From Ostreococcus lucimarinus (taxonomy: Eukaryota), in the NCBI GenBank assembly GCA_000092065.1, contig CP000582.1: 64,000 nucleotides of DNA. One strand, given 5' to 3'. The notes beneath the pieces are model-generated. The model did no database searches and was not told the DNA's origin. It was given only the letters and a program-made list of their open reading frames with translations. The translations under genes and the position numbers were made by a program. This document shows, piece after piece, positions 1 to 13,556 of the stretch; the stretch's first letter is position 1, and every line of letters begins with the position of its first letter.

Positions 1-93
1 GTCTGTAGCAGGATAAACTGATAAGCGTGCATCGCACTTTCAGAGGCGCGCCTTCAGTACATCCGCATACGCCCCTCACAGCACGACAAGACT

Positions 94-1206
94 ATGGGCG
101 TCGCCTGTGGACCCTCACGAGGTGAAGGAGACCACGGACCTCAAGAGCAAGCACGTCAAGTTCCAAGTTACGTATCACTGAGTGAAGTTTTGCGACTCGT
201 CCGTGAGGGCCATGTCAACGGAGACGATATCATGCGTCTTGCATCTCTTTACTTGAGCATGAAGTCCAAACGCGCTTCCGCAAAAGAAATCCTCTCCGCG
301 CTATTTAGTCACGCACACGGCGGTGAGATTTTGCGAGTCATCAGCGCCGTTGTTGTTGGGGCCAAATCTTTACAAAGTGAAGGCTTTGTAAATTCTCAAG
401 GCGGAAATACACTCCTTATCTCCCATGCACAGTCCAAAACAAACCATGTCAATCAGAGGGCGAAGCAAATAACACAAAAGGTAGTCTTTGATCAGCAGCG
501 GCTATCGAAGAGGATCGCGTCGAAGCTTAGATCGCGACATCCGGGTATGCACGTTGATCCGGCCTCGTTCGAACTCTTCGGCGAGGCGATCCGTCAACGC
601 ATTCGACATATCTCTAAAGATCTCATGAGGATCGCCACGATACGTCATATGTCGAGCATCATAGCGAAAAACTCAAAAGCAGAGAGAGTAACTCCTAGGG
701 GTAAGATTCGTGACATCAACCTTACACTCATGCAGAGTACATCAGCTAGAAGAGAACAAGAGCGACAGAAATTGCTACAGCTTGGTGATCAGTCCAACAA
801 ACGGAAAAGACAAAGTTCTGATGACGAATTTGATGAAGAACTACGCACTAGGGCGGAGAAAGCACGCACAGAAGAGGAGGAAAGGAGGCTCGCAGATGCT
901 GCGAATGAAGCAACAAGAAGCGCACTAGGCGATGCGAAGTATCTCAAGTGGTTCGCTCACGGTAAAAATGTGCAAAAAACTACCGAACTTAATCCTCGGG
1001 TATCAAGTGCAGTTACTTCAAAACAAACAACGCGCGCTGAAGCGACAGAAAAGGCTTCAAAGACTGGTTTGGAAACACACGACAGCAAAATTTCATTTGT
1101 TGACGTCATATGCGTGCTCAAGTCGGAAAAGGCTTTTAACGGGATTCTTCCTCGTCTCTTTCACACGAAAAATTTGCTGCTGTTCAACGTGGGGAATTCG
1201 AACTAG
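94..1206 (+). CDS. TAF4-like protein (TFIID subunit 4 C-terminal conserved region); upstream exons may precede the window.
   Basis: 370-aa ORF. The C-terminal block EANEATRSALGDAKYLKWF followed by KISFVDVICVLKSEKA resembles the TAF4 conserved C-terminal domain. An acidic, Lys/Arg-rich linker lies upstream. The frame is open upstream to position 25. Confidence 0.4.
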   Translation: MGVACGPSRGEGDHGPQEQARQVPSYVSLSEVLRLVREGHVNGDDIMRLASLYLSMKSKRASAKEILSALFSHAHGGEILRVISAVVVGAKSLQSEGFVNSQGGNTLLISHAQSKTNHVNQRAKQITQKVVFDQQRLSKRIASKLRSRHPGMHVDPASFELFGEAIRQRIRHISKDLMRIATIRHMSSIIAKNSKAERVTPRGKIRDINLTLMQSTSARREQERQKLLQLGDQSNKRKRQSSDDEFDEELRTRAEKARTEEEERRLADAANEATRSALGDAKYLKWFAHGKNVQKTTELNPRVSSAVTSKQTTRAEATEKASKTGLETHDSKISFVDVICVLKSEKAFNGILPRLFHTKNLLLFNVGNSN

Positions 1207-1248
1207 TCGGTACGTCAACGTTTTTACGCCCTTTCTATGTTCTATGTA

Positions 1249-1678
1249 TTAAAAGGTTTTGCTTCTCTCGCTCGGTACGAACTCTACGACTGCAAGCTGC
1301 GCTCCGTCTCCACTTCGTCTTTTACTACGCGTCACACGTGTGTAGCCTCCTTGCTGATCCATGTATCTTCCAGCTAACTCTACCGACACTTTTGTGTGAG
1401 CTTCATCTGTGTCGAGGTAGGCTCTAATTCTACGTCTCGCGTCAACTGACCCCTGCAAGACACAAGTTACTTGGCGAAGAAATATTCAAAAGATCTCGCG
1501 AATACCTGCTTCGACATACTTATCAACCTATCAGCTAGTTTTCTAACCTCCATCGCCTTTGCAAGTGTCGTCGTCACTTTACCTTTAGTGACCAGTTGAC
1601 TAGCCAAAATCCTGGATTTTTGTGAGCTCGTCGAGCAACGCGAAATTGATCAAGTTACCTTAAAGTAGAGCTACGCAT
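1249..1678 (-). CDS. Mitochondrial ribosomal protein bL17m, 3 exons at 1659..1678, 1506..1611 and 1249..1452.
   Basis: C-terminal exon carries the bL17 motif GGYTRVTRSKRRSGDGAQLAVVEFV. The middle exon reads ILASQLVTKGKVTTTLAKAMEVRKLADRLI, matching the bL17 N-terminal region. Both introns have GT donors and AG acceptors and the phases are consistent. Confidence 0.55.
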
Positions 1679-2160
1679 CGTTGGAAGATGTACAATCTAA
1701 CGTGCGTTCTGCAGAGGTAATAAATACCCTTCTTCTATCTTCACTCTGTCAGTTCTCCGACTGGGACGAATGTTCACGTTTTCTTTGTTTGACCGGATGT
1801 GAGAACTTCAGAACCTCAGCACGTATACAACGGTACAATGGCCTATTCACATAGCTCCAGACGCTAAATATAAATATGAACGAAAGCAAACGCAGAATGA
1901 AAAACCACTTTGACTAACTAGCCTTAGAATACGGGAAGCTCGCCTAGGTTACCCCCGAAGGAGCTATAATAGTACTATAGCATGTGGGAAAAGAAGCAAG
2001 AGTCCGCGAGCGTACGAACTTGGCGCGGTCACCTCAACTTTGACGGCTGCAGTTGCGCGTCTTATACCACTTGTACTTTCCGTCACGCTCGGCTGCGTCA
2101 CTCTGTTCGTCGGCTACTATTGACGGATTGCAGTGTCGCACCGAGCCAAAAAAGCAAGCT

Positions 2161-2741
2161 ATGAGTATCCCGAGTGTGAGTAGCATTGTGATCTTAGATG
2201 ACGAAGGGAAGCGGGTCGCAGTCAAGTATTACGAAACATTGAAGTACGTCATTTCTCTCTCCATAACTTTGCCTAGATGAATGTCCATTCTTGTAGGCGC
2301 GCACGAGACGTACAGTTCACGTTTGAGCGAAATTTGTTTACCAAGTCGTCCCATTTAAGTGGGAAAGGCGAAGTAGAACTTCTGATTCTCGATGACTACA
2401 TCGCTGTCCACAAAGCCAGCCACGACTTGCGTTTCTATGTAGCTGCACGTCACGATGAAAACGAATTGATTTTAGTATCAGTTCTTGAAACTTTGTATGA
2501 GGCACTTTGTACTCTTTTGAGAGGAGTAGTCGACAAACACGCTGCATTAGAAAACCTTGACCTCGTCCTATTAGTCATCGACGAGTTAATAGATGGTGGG
2601 CTTATATTGGAAACAGATCCGACCACTATTGTGAATCGTGTTTCGATGGAAGAAAGTATGGAGCACTCCCTTACAGAACAAACCATTTCTCAAGCGCTGG
2701 CCACGGCTCGTGAACAGATATCTCGTAACTTATTACGCTGA
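2161..2741 (+). CDS. Coatomer zeta subunit (COPZ), 2 exons at 2161..2243 and 2297..2741.
   Basis: Exon 1 MSIPSVSSIVILDDEGKRVAVKYYETLK and exon 2 FERNLFTKS...LDLVLLVIDELIDGGLILETD match the COPZ/adaptor small-chain fold. GTACGT donor and TTGTAG acceptor with consistent phase. Confidence 0.7.
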
Positions 2742-3259
2742 CCGTGACTGAATGTACATAATTCGCACTTAATATGAAAAAATTCTTCATTACAACACGC
2801 CTACGCCACGATGAACTTCACTGTGCTTTCTGCGAGACCTTGCTGATTTGAAATGAGGTGACCACATTGCGAAGCTCCTTAAAGTTCTCTTAAGAAAGTG
2901 ATAGGTGAATGAAGATTGAAAACATACCTGTTCCGATGTACTCCATTGCTTCTCGCTAGCTGCCACCGTAGCAATAACGACATAGTTCTGAAGAAACATA
3001 ACGTGAAAGTTTCATGTAAAAGTAAAGTCTCCTTACCTGAGAAGTTGTCACGCAAGCTAGATTGTGGAGCCCATATGCCGCAAACGGCGTCAGCAGCTCG
3101 TACTACGCACAACTCTTAGCACGTACTGGTAAAGTTCGTTAGAGATAAGAAAACCTGATAATATCCTCGATTATTCTTGGAATATTGCTCTTGTGAGATG
3201 ATCTCTTCCTGTTCAACAGCCACACTATCGGAAATCTTAGCCTTAAATCAAGAGTTAAA

Positions 3260-3616
3260 TCATTCTCTCGCGCACCTTCCGGTGATGGCGGGTGAAACAG
3301 CATTTAAAACACTATCCAACGTTCCAACCGATTCAATTTCAGGCGACTTTTCTGTTATCATTAATTTGTTCGTTGGAATGATGATGACCTGAAGTGTTCC
3401 AGCAGTAGGGCTCGCAAACTGCACCTCTGTAGTCGCCTTCGAAAAGATGAATTTCGCTTCTCCGCGCGGTAAATGAAAGAGTACCTCATCACATCTTGGT
3501 TGACAGTAGTTTCCACTTTTCGCATTGCTAACTGGGATCTTTTTGTGACAATGTGAGACAAAATAAGCAACCCGTCTCAACAGCAAAGAACGCACCTCTT
3601 TCCAGTCTCCAGGCAA
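3260..3616 (-). CDS. Hypothetical protein.
   Basis: 118-aa ORF with no motif I recognise. It may belong to a larger spliced gene. Confidence 0.15.
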   Translation of the reverse strand: MPGDWKEVRSLLLRRVAYFVSHCHKKIPVSNAKSGNYCQPRCDEVLFHLPRGEAKFIFSKATTEVQFASPTAGTLQVIIIPTNKLMITEKSPEIESVGTLDSVLNAVSPAITGRCARE

Positions 3617-5588
3617 AGATATTTTATACGGTTCAATCGCACCAGCCCTTATAAAACATGATGATGAACGATGAGAAAACTATCGCGTCATTAGACCGAA
3701 CCTCAACGCTGGAGTACGGGTTTGTCCAGCTTCAAATACAAAATACCCAGACTAGTGCACTTTAGGAACAACAGCTTTGGAAAACAAGGGTTTGCTTACC
3801 ACGTCCACAGAAGCAGGAAGATATGCGCTGACCTACATATATGATATAACACTCATCAGTAGTTATATTGTCATCGCACCTGTTTCCCATCCTGGCATTT
3901 CTACTTGAGACAGAACGTAGAGTAAAGACCCGAGCGACTTACCTCGAAAGCCTCGACCGAACCGGTGTGCAAGATGCTGAACACTCCACTCAGTGCAATT
4001 CCGTTAAACTCACGCCTCGTTGCGGCGCAGGTTTTGCACTTTGTGATAAGTGAACTACCGCCGGTGTGCTTTTTGTACTTCGACGAAATTCCACGTCCTC
4101 TGTCTGGCCTCGACTTTGCGAATCGCTGATTCGCTTCGTTTTTGATTCCGCGCGCGCGCGATGCCGTTATCGATATTATCATTGCTGCGGTAGAGCTGTT
4201 TGGATCGAACCGCGGGTCGCAACCGTTTTACGTTCGAGCGAGGCCAGTCAGCGCTTCAGTCGGACCTGAGTCGCCGGCTATCGAAGTTTTTTTGTCGAAA
4301 GTGTATACTTGGTAGTGGTAGTTTGCGAATTTAAGTACGCGTAAAAGGGTAAGCACGCGCAAAAGGGTAAGCATGCGTGTATAAGTAAGTAATCGCGTGT
4401 GTCACCTGCTCGATAGCACCTATTTTTTCGGAAGCTCGCCACGTCGAGACGACCCGTCCTTCCCGCGCAGTTGACGGACTTTGCTAGGTGCACGTACGAA
4501 ATACCGTGAAACCTGAGCTGAATTCATCCCTGACCGCGCATGACAAAAGATTGCACGTTCGCGCATTTTTGCGACTCGTCCTCTTCGTTAACGCGAAGGA
4601 GCCCAACCACGGTGAGATTCCAAGATCTTTATTTTCGTTCATTCACAGATGTTGACGAAGGTGAGAGTAAGCTTCAAGTACAAACATCGAGAAGGTCTAG
4701 TGCGCATGTCTATTGTTGCGGGAAAAGTACGCTTTTGAATCGTAGACTCGGCCAACACTTCACAGCTTCGGTATTTCTACAGGATTTTGCTACTCACTCA
4801 ACGCGGACAGTCGTCGAAGCTCGCAGAATAATAGAACTAAGTTCCAGTCTACTATCACTTTTATCGAAATAACCGTTTGAACATTGCAAAAGACAAGCTC
4901 ACTATCAGTAGCCCTAGTACCACAGTAGCGTGGGAGCGGGTTAGACCGCCCCTTCTCCCAACGTGGTTGGTTTGAAAGATAGATGACAAGTAGAAATGGG
5001 CGTATTCTGAAACGTAGCTAGTCGACATGCCTTACAGATACCGCGACACCATGTAACTCAGATCCATCTAGATTTTCTACGGCTTGTTCACTGTCTAACC
5101 TAGCCAATTCATTAGACAGAGTGAAAGCTTGTGTCACCGATCTCACCTGGAAACATAAGTCACAACTACCGTCTTTCCTGAGTGTTTGCGCATGTCAACG
5201 TCTGATACTTTGCCAAAAGCCCCGAAGACATGTTCAATGTCCTGTCTGGACATAGATTCCACAATTGGACTAAGCTGCACTTTACTACCGGTAAACGTGC
5301 TCTTCATCTCTCGCAAGTGATGAATGGCCAGGTTGGGTGAAGGCTCTTCTGTCGCCAAATGTGTTTCGGACAATATATGTTTCGAACAAAGCTATAACAG
5401 ACACTATCGCATGGACCGCCGCATTGAGCCACGTAGACGGTTTCTGAGCACTGGTACGACTGGCACGTTCGCCGACGAAATGTCACTCCTGGCAGTTGGG
5501 CCTCGAAACCCTCGACGGGGATTGAACTAAATCCTGGATTCTCGCTTTGCGTATAATATCACACAATAATCGAAGACATTGTTGATAG

Positions 5589-7313
<1,725 letters not shown>

Positions 7314-7415
7314 GGATCATTTACATCAGTGCGATATCAACTGTCGTACTGAGCTAAATGGGACGGACACCAAGTTTTGTAATATCCAATCAACGAAGCA
7401 ACTTCAATTGTTCCA

Positions 7416-8639
7416 TCAAACTGTTTGAGATGCAACGTCTACATCGTCGAAAAGTAGCAAAAGTTCGTCTAAGCGCATAGTGGTCACTTCTAAATCTTTT
7501 AGTACCTCTCTTTTAAGTGGCTTGCTAGACCACATTCGCTCGTTCTTTACAATTCCTGTGCGATATCGCCGTACCTCAAAGAGCTTTCGTAAATGAACAT
7601 TTGTCAAAGCCTGAATAAGTTCACGTTTTACAGTCTTTTCGACGTCAGAACAGTCCACACGCCACAGATAGTTCGTTCTTGATGGAGCATGATCATGCGT
7701 GCGGGCTATTTCCTGCATCTGCACGTATCCAAATTTCAACAACTTGTAAAGAATGTCTCGAGTATCCTTCACGGGAACCATGGATAATTCAGCAACCTGT
7801 TTCTGCTCAAGTTGATTTCGAATCAAAACTCTAAAAATACGAAGAGCCTGTGCTCCTAAACGTGTTTTGATAACCGCTTCGACATGCTTTTGCCGTCTCA
7901 AATGAACGTCGACGTCACTCGCCGAGCGTTCCACACTCAAAAGTCTGGTGTCTTCTTCTTTCAGGCGTCCAAGCGCAGCATCGAGCGAACGCGGATTTAG
8001 ACGCAGAAAACTCGATGAACTATCGTTTTCTTGCGTTTCCGATGGCATGTGTTCCTGATCTGTTCGCGTACAGGCTCTGTCCAAGTTCACACATGTTTTG
8101 TCGTAGCGTACACGTTGCAGCAGCTGGATTTCTAAGAGGTCACAAATCGCTTTATGAACATCGGCACTGCGTAGAGAGCTTTCTGAAGGCACTTGTTGCA
8201 CGATTGACATGATTTGATTCACCGACATCGCTCCATGTAATGCAATCGTAAGAAGCACCATAAAGTGCTCTTGTGTATGCTTGGTTTTTGCATAAAGCGC
8301 ATATCTGGAGAACCTCTGTCTACACCTTATGTAAGCCAGGTTGATCCTGTACGTATAAACTATTCGCGATGATGTCGGCTTCTGTGACTTGTGCACCGAG
8401 GTGATGCAACCATGCTTGATTAAAGTATACAAGATAGCACCACACGTCCGTCGTCGGAAAGGCACCAAGTGCACAATATACTCGAAGGTTAAATTGTCTC
8501 GTTGCGAAACCGCTTCAAAGACTTTTCGGGCTGCCAGACCAAACTCATCTTGGATTATTTGGACAGCGAGATCTATTTCCTTTCGTGAATGCATACCGTG
8601 AGCGGCACGAAGAGCTGTGAGTCGAAGGGGTTCGCGCAA
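7416..8639 (-). CDS. RNA polymerase III subunit RPC3/RPC82-like.
   Basis: N-terminal AVQIIQDEFGLAARKVFEAVSQRDNL...CGAILYTLIKHGCITSV parallels the first winged-helix region of POLR3C/RPC82. At 407 aa it is shorter than usual, so it may have more exons. Confidence 0.4.
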   Translation of the reverse strand: MREPLRLTALRAAHGMHSRKEIDLAVQIIQDEFGLAARKVFEAVSQRDNLTFEYIVHLVPFRRRTCGAILYTLIKHGCITSVHKSQKPTSSRIVYTYRINLAYIRCRQRFSRYALYAKTKHTQEHFMVLLTIALHGAMSVNQIMSIVQQVPSESSLRSADVHKAICDLLEIQLLQRVRYDKTCVNLDRACTRTDQEHMPSETQENDSSSSFLRLNPRSLDAALGRLKEEDTRLLSVERSASDVDVHLRRQKHVEAVIKTRLGAQALRIFRVLIRNQLEQKQVAELSMVPVKDTRDILYKLLKFGYVQMQEIARTHDHAPSRTNYLWRVDCSDVEKTVKRELIQALTNVHLRKLFEVRRYRTGIVKNERMWSSKPLKREVLKDLEVTTMRLDELLLLFDDVDVASQTV

Positions 8640-8668
8640 CTTTTTGCTTCACGCCTGTCGGCTTCGCG

Positions 8669-8799
8669 GGAAAAATTTATATATCGCCCCTTTAGAGAGT
8701 ACCTACACACATGACGAGTCATGAACCGTGGATATATACGTATTTAATACGTATCATGTGTGTAGGTACTCTCTAAAGGGGCGATATATAAATTTTTCC
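8669..8799. mobile_element. Foldback element, about 130 bp. It is essentially two inverted copies of the 46-bp terminus GGAAAAATTTATATATCGCCCCTTTAGAGAGTACCTACACACATGA, and belongs to the same TIR family as the MULE-like element at 24620.
   Basis: A near-perfect palindrome seen directly. It shares its termini with 24620-24700, 25383-25515 and 50662-50714. It lies in the 3' flank of eIF2alpha. Confidence 0.6.
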
Positions 8800-8867
8800 A
8801 CTGTTCAGAGCAAAAAGAACCTTAGGCATACAAACAAATGGAGTGTTGTACTTCAAGTATGATTCGT

Positions 8868-10049
8868 CTACAATTCTACTTCACCCATCGTATCATCATC
8901 AGTATCGCTACCGCGTTCTTCCACTTTGTTCAAGTTTGTGATTTGCTCAGCAAGAAGTTTGTCGTCACGTTCGCTCACAACTCGCGCGCTTTCTTTTATC
9001 AGTAACTTTCCGCCTTTAGATGTGATGTATTCCTAAGATTTTATCAAGTCTTTGCGATGTGTACACTAAATTATTCTCACCTGTAAGACACTTATGGCTT
9101 TATCCACCAAACTGATTCCAAACTCCCGTTCAGACGTTTGAGTTGAAAGAACATACAGTGGAGAAGCGACTAAAGACATCTTCACTTTGCAATCTTCCGT
9201 CGAGACAAGTTCGGCAGCACGCATAGCACTCTTAATATGGAGAACGCCGTCGTACTGGAAACAAGTCAACTCAACGTCAGCTCTGATTTTTAGCGGCTGT
9301 GGTGTCATCCGTCTTCGAATATCTTTGAGCAGCGTAAGGGCAACTGATTCGTCAACTGTTTGATTATCTTCGTCTCCAGATGCACGAAATTCTGCGATCT
9401 CTCGGTGAAGTAAGCTGGAGTCCATGACAAACATTTTGAATGCATCGAATGCGTGACCATACTTCCTATAGAGAGGCCAACCAATGGACTACAAAAGGGT
9501 CACAGTCCGCAGCAACAAGTTTGGACACAGTATACCTTGTATAATGTTTCGGGAAGCGTCCCTGTCGTCTCCGAAACGTGTCTGATGATAGAATGAACCA
9601 CCTTGCTTTTGTTGAACTTGATCTCACATGCTTCAACATCTTCAGGGGACACTCGTCTGAATGATAGTGAGTGACTGCAAAGAACTTCAGTACGTGCATA
9701 CCTTTTTGAAAGGTCAATGTAACCCTTCTCTTCGTCAACACGCAGCACCATCGCTGGCTCAATTCTACCGACCTGGAAGCAAACTAAGAATTATCTTCCT
9801 GGAAAATGCTGCGGTACAGATCCTACCTTTATGAGCTTCGAAACTGAACGAATACGTCTTCTGGTCAGTTCTGACAACAAAATCATGCCTTCAATGTTGT
9901 CATATTCCAGTAGCTGAACGTAAGCACCCATTTCTGCTATGCTTTTGACCTATCTCACAGCATTCGAAATAGGAAGCTAGCAGTATGACGAGCGTGTTTA
10001 CCTGTACCATAACAACCTGGTCGATCTCTGGAAACCTCTCGGCGTACAT
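8868..10049 (-). CDS. Translation initiation factor eIF2 alpha, 6 exons at 10002..10049, 9826..9948, 9702..9772, 9536..9656, 9081..9488 and 8868..9032 (311 aa).
   Basis: [71 protein letters not shown] and [20 protein letters not shown] match the S1 domain and the Ser51 region ([11 protein letters not shown]). An acidic C-terminal tail is present. All introns have GT...AG boundaries with consistent phase. Confidence 0.85.
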
Positions 10050-10745
10050 TCTACACTCAGGGGCCTTCATTGCGAAGTAAGGTCAACTCAAGCTGACGAA
10101 CAGGGGGCAACTAACCATGTTGTAGTAGAGCACTTTTTTGTTTTTCACGTTCTTGCGCTGTCCGCTTCTGCGCTCGGTTGGCTGTGCGCTTGTGCGGGTT
10201 CTTTTTGTTTTGTTTTTAGTAACATTTTTTATTTTTTTGTCTTAGATTGTGTTCTTTATAGTCGATGTGAATGGTTCAATACGATCAAATATGACATGCT
10301 GCACCGCGCCTCGCTTTGTCTCGGTTGCCCTGAGCAACTGGGACGACCAGTCGCTCCAGTCGTCACGTCGCTCCAAGTGTGTCAGGCAGCATAGCACGGA
10401 CGACTGCATATGATGTGTGCGGATATCACAAGACCTTTGTGTGTACTGCAGCCGACAATCTCTCATCGCAGGTTGGTCCGGACTTCGGCGCGTAAAACCA
10501 CCAGTGAAACGTCTTTCTCGCCTCGGGTCGTCGACGTCGAAAGTTTTGAGGCGTACGGACAGGCACGAATAGCATCGATGAACAAATGCGCAACGAAATT
10601 TAATTTTGCGCAGATAATCTCATCGCAAGAAGACGGAGCGAGATTTTCGATCGAGCGGGTGAGTTAAGTTGAGCAGCTCCCGAAAACACTGACAGTAGCA
10701 AAGGAAGCAAAACTCGACTTAGCAGAAGGTGTACCGAGACTGTAT

Positions 10746-11252
10746 ATGATGCGACTTCGCAATAAAGGTGGTCGTCTTCAATTCGATGAGATGAATTATC
10801 ACGGCCTTTCCTCTCAATCGCTCAGTTCTGTTTCAGAGCTAGACTGGTATGCGTTATTCGTATTTGACAGCTCAAATAGGCGTTGTGACACTTAAGATTC
10901 CAGGTTCATCGCTGTATCCAGGGCTACATTCTCAGAAGAACAATTTCCTTCACACGATGATATTGAAGTATTTCGGATCCCAGGTGTGGGATCTATAAAA
11001 TCCAAGAAGCTCAGAAATATTCACCTCTGACAGGACATGTTGCCATCAATCTCAATAAAGGCACGTGGCATGCTGGTCCCCTTTTTAGCGTAAGTATCGT
11101 GATTCGAATGCTGTGTCTCTGAATCTGATGGTTGTGAATATAAGGAAGACGAGCGGGATTTCTTAAACCTCGAACTGATGGATACAAACACGAAAGATCG
11201 TTATGGTCACAAGTATGAGGACAGTGGAACTCGTTTCACAATAGAACTGTGA
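10746..11252 (+). CDS. Possible ureidoglycolate hydrolase-like (cupin) protein, multi-exon.
   Basis: The exon fragment HVAINLNKGTWHAGPLF...DFLNLELMD resembles the GVWHHPL core of ureidoglycolate lyase. Exon structure is not resolved. Confidence 0.2.
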
Positions 11253-11507
11253 CGATGGTGTAGCATCATTTTGTAAGTATCCATTACTATCGCACAAACA
11301 GGCAGTATTACCGTAGCTATAGTCCATCAGGAATATACCAACTGACTAGCAACACTTGTAGAGACACTTACCCCGCATCCGCGCAACCACCAAACCTCAT
11401 TTCCACACTATCACGCCACTTCCTGCAGCGTGCAGCGAGGGCGAGAGAGTACCGAAGACTAGATCCTTCCGTACTGCACGTATAATTAGCACACTTGAGA
11501 TACAAGA

Positions 11508-12362
11508 ATGGAGATTGCTTCTAAATATCAGGAGATAATTCGCGAAGTCATCAAAAATGTATCCGTACGTTGCCACGGGCTTTCACGCCAGTCCAAGTGT
11601 TCAGTACCACAAACAGGCAGAATTCACAGCGGAACACGTGAACGGGGAAGTTTTGAAACAACTCGAAAAGGCACGTACATTACAAGCGCTTGTTTCACGT
11701 TCTTGAACATCGTGGCAATAGTCGTGGGAACATAAATTGCTTCAGTCTGGCGCTCTTTCCGTGAACTCCGGTCTGAAAACCGCGCCGATAATACCTCACA
11801 GGGGTGACGCTTGCAGCAAAAGCATCGACGAGGATGACAAGTTCGTAGCACTTCAACTCGCTTCAACTTGTAGACTCACTGTCTTCATAGTAAACTGACA
11901 ACTGGAACGAGTGAACTTCAAGAAGTTGGACACGCAGCACCCAACCCCAAGGTAATACTTTTTCAACGGGTTATTTCAATATGTATTAAACAAGGTCATA
12001 CTCATAGGACGAGACGGGCACCAAACGAAAGGTTGAAATGTCGTGTTGTGATTATTTCAACTTCTTACTTTGCTTGTAGCGTGAAACTGACAAACCAGCC
12101 GTGCCTGATCTCGGCCAGGACGAAGTGATAAGCACAGATAGCGAAGATGATAATCTTGGTAAGCATTCACCTTTCATCGATAATCGTCTGTCATATTTTG
12201 AGTGTAGAAACGGAACCTGTTACTTCAAATTTGGTGCTTAGTCAGTTTGAGAAAGTGGGGAGAACAAAGAATAAATGGAAGTGTGCGTTCAGGGATGGTG
12301 TCATGTTACTAAATGGGACTGAGTATGTGTTCGGTAAGGCTACTGCGGAATTTCTTTGGTGA
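11508..12362 (+). CDS. TFIIA large subunit (TFIIA alpha/beta, TOA1-like), multi-exon.
   Basis: N-terminal exon MEIASKYQEIIREVIKN and C-terminal exon KNKWKCAFRDGVMLLNGTEYVFGKATAEFLW match the conserved N- and C-terminal domains of TFIIA-L. An acidic DEVISTDSEDDNLETE tract precedes the C-terminal exon. Interior exon boundaries are approximate. Confidence 0.6.
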
Positions 12363-12497
12363 CTTTTGTTCGTTCTCTTGTCCATTGTTACTAGAAATCT
12401 TTTTGTGCGACAAGCTGCGTATTTCTTCGTAGCAATATTTTGATTGTTACGGAAGACCGAGCAAATCGCTCTGTTATTAAAGCGTTCCCCCAACTCG

Positions 12498-13010
12498 CTA
12501 CAAAGAAGTAAGCGCTCTTCGACGACCTACTTCGTCTTCTAGCATGGCGTTTGCTGACTTAAGGAGACCAGAATAGTCATGCGAAGCTATCCGTAGCAGT
12601 TCAAGAAGGCAGTGCTTTATGTCGACAATTCGGACGTCTGAAGTAGTCTCAAATTTCATGCACCTGTGAAACGAACAGTATGCCGAGTCGAATTGTAACT
12701 GTCGACGAACTTGCTGATACCCACTCGAACTTGCCTCAGTTTCGAAGTTTGGAGAAGCTGTCTTTGCTCTCAGCAGAAGTTTTCGAAAGTTTGAGCTACC
12801 AGGGCGCGCGTCGCATTGACACTTCAACTCGGTGATTCTTGAGCGGGCGCGGTTGATTTCATGAGTCGCACCCTCGACATCTCGCTTGAGACTAGACATC
12901 TCTTTTTCATAAGCACGGCAAGCGGCAACGAGTTCTGTTAGCTTTTCTACGTTCACGGCCTTTTTCACTGAACAAAACTTTAAGAGTATCTTTAGTTTGA
13001 TAAACTGCAC
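12498..13010 (-). CDS. Hypothetical coiled-coil protein.
   Basis: 170-aa ORF with heptad-like charged segments and no recognisable motif. Confidence 0.15.
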   Translation of the reverse strand: MQFIKLKILLKFCSVKKAVNVEKLTELVAACRAYEKEMSSLKRDVEGATHEINRARSRITELKCQCDARPGSSNFRKLLLRAKTASPNFETEASSSGYQQVRRQLQFDSAYCSFHRCMKFETTSDVRIVDIKHCLLELLRIASHDYSGLLKSANAMLEDEVGRRRALTSL

Positions 13011-13265
13011 GCACTGCTAGATATTTGCATGTCTTCTTCCGAAATTCGTAGATGATCCTAAAGCGCGTCAGTTCTACACGAACTTCGAACTTCTTCAAAG
13101 TATACCTGCACGCTCTTCAGCAAATTGTCTTCGAACATCGTCAACCGTGACTTTGGTTTGAGCGCGACGTGCGCGTTGCGAGTCTAGTATAGAAGGTTTT
13201 ACGATATCATATACAGCCATATATGACTGAGGGCCTTGACAACAACATGTTTCGTTTCTTTGATT

Positions 13266-13419
13266 TTATATGTCATATCCGTATGTATTACTTTCCACGC
13301 CCTAATGTATGGGGTGTTAGCACTTCTCGATCGCCACGCGCGCGTTGTGGCGTCGTCGCGAGTTATTAGCACTTCGACGGCGCGCACATATTAGGGACGT
13401 GGAAAGTAATACATACTGA
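13266..13419. mobile_element. MITE family B, copy 1. About 150 bp, a near-palindrome with termini CAGTATCCGTATGTATTACTTTCCACG ... CGTGGAAAGTAATACATACTG.
   Basis: A second near-identical copy sits at 57736-57882. The internal sequence is a perfect hairpin around CGCCACGCGCGCGTTGTGGCG. Confidence 0.65.
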
Positions 13420-13556
13420 TATGTGAGTAAAAATAAGTCGTCGCGCGGTTTGTCGAAGAGTTCAGCTGACCCTGACGAGAAAGCAGGCAGCAACATAGAA
13501 GGCGATAAACCATCGCGGCAGCTTCAGGGTCCGCGGGAAGGACTTTACTTGGACCG

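Noticed and set aside
13199-13387. ORFs 13199..13387 (minus) and 57660..57857 (plus).
   Set aside because: They lie entirely within the two MITE copies, so they are translation of a palindromic repeat.
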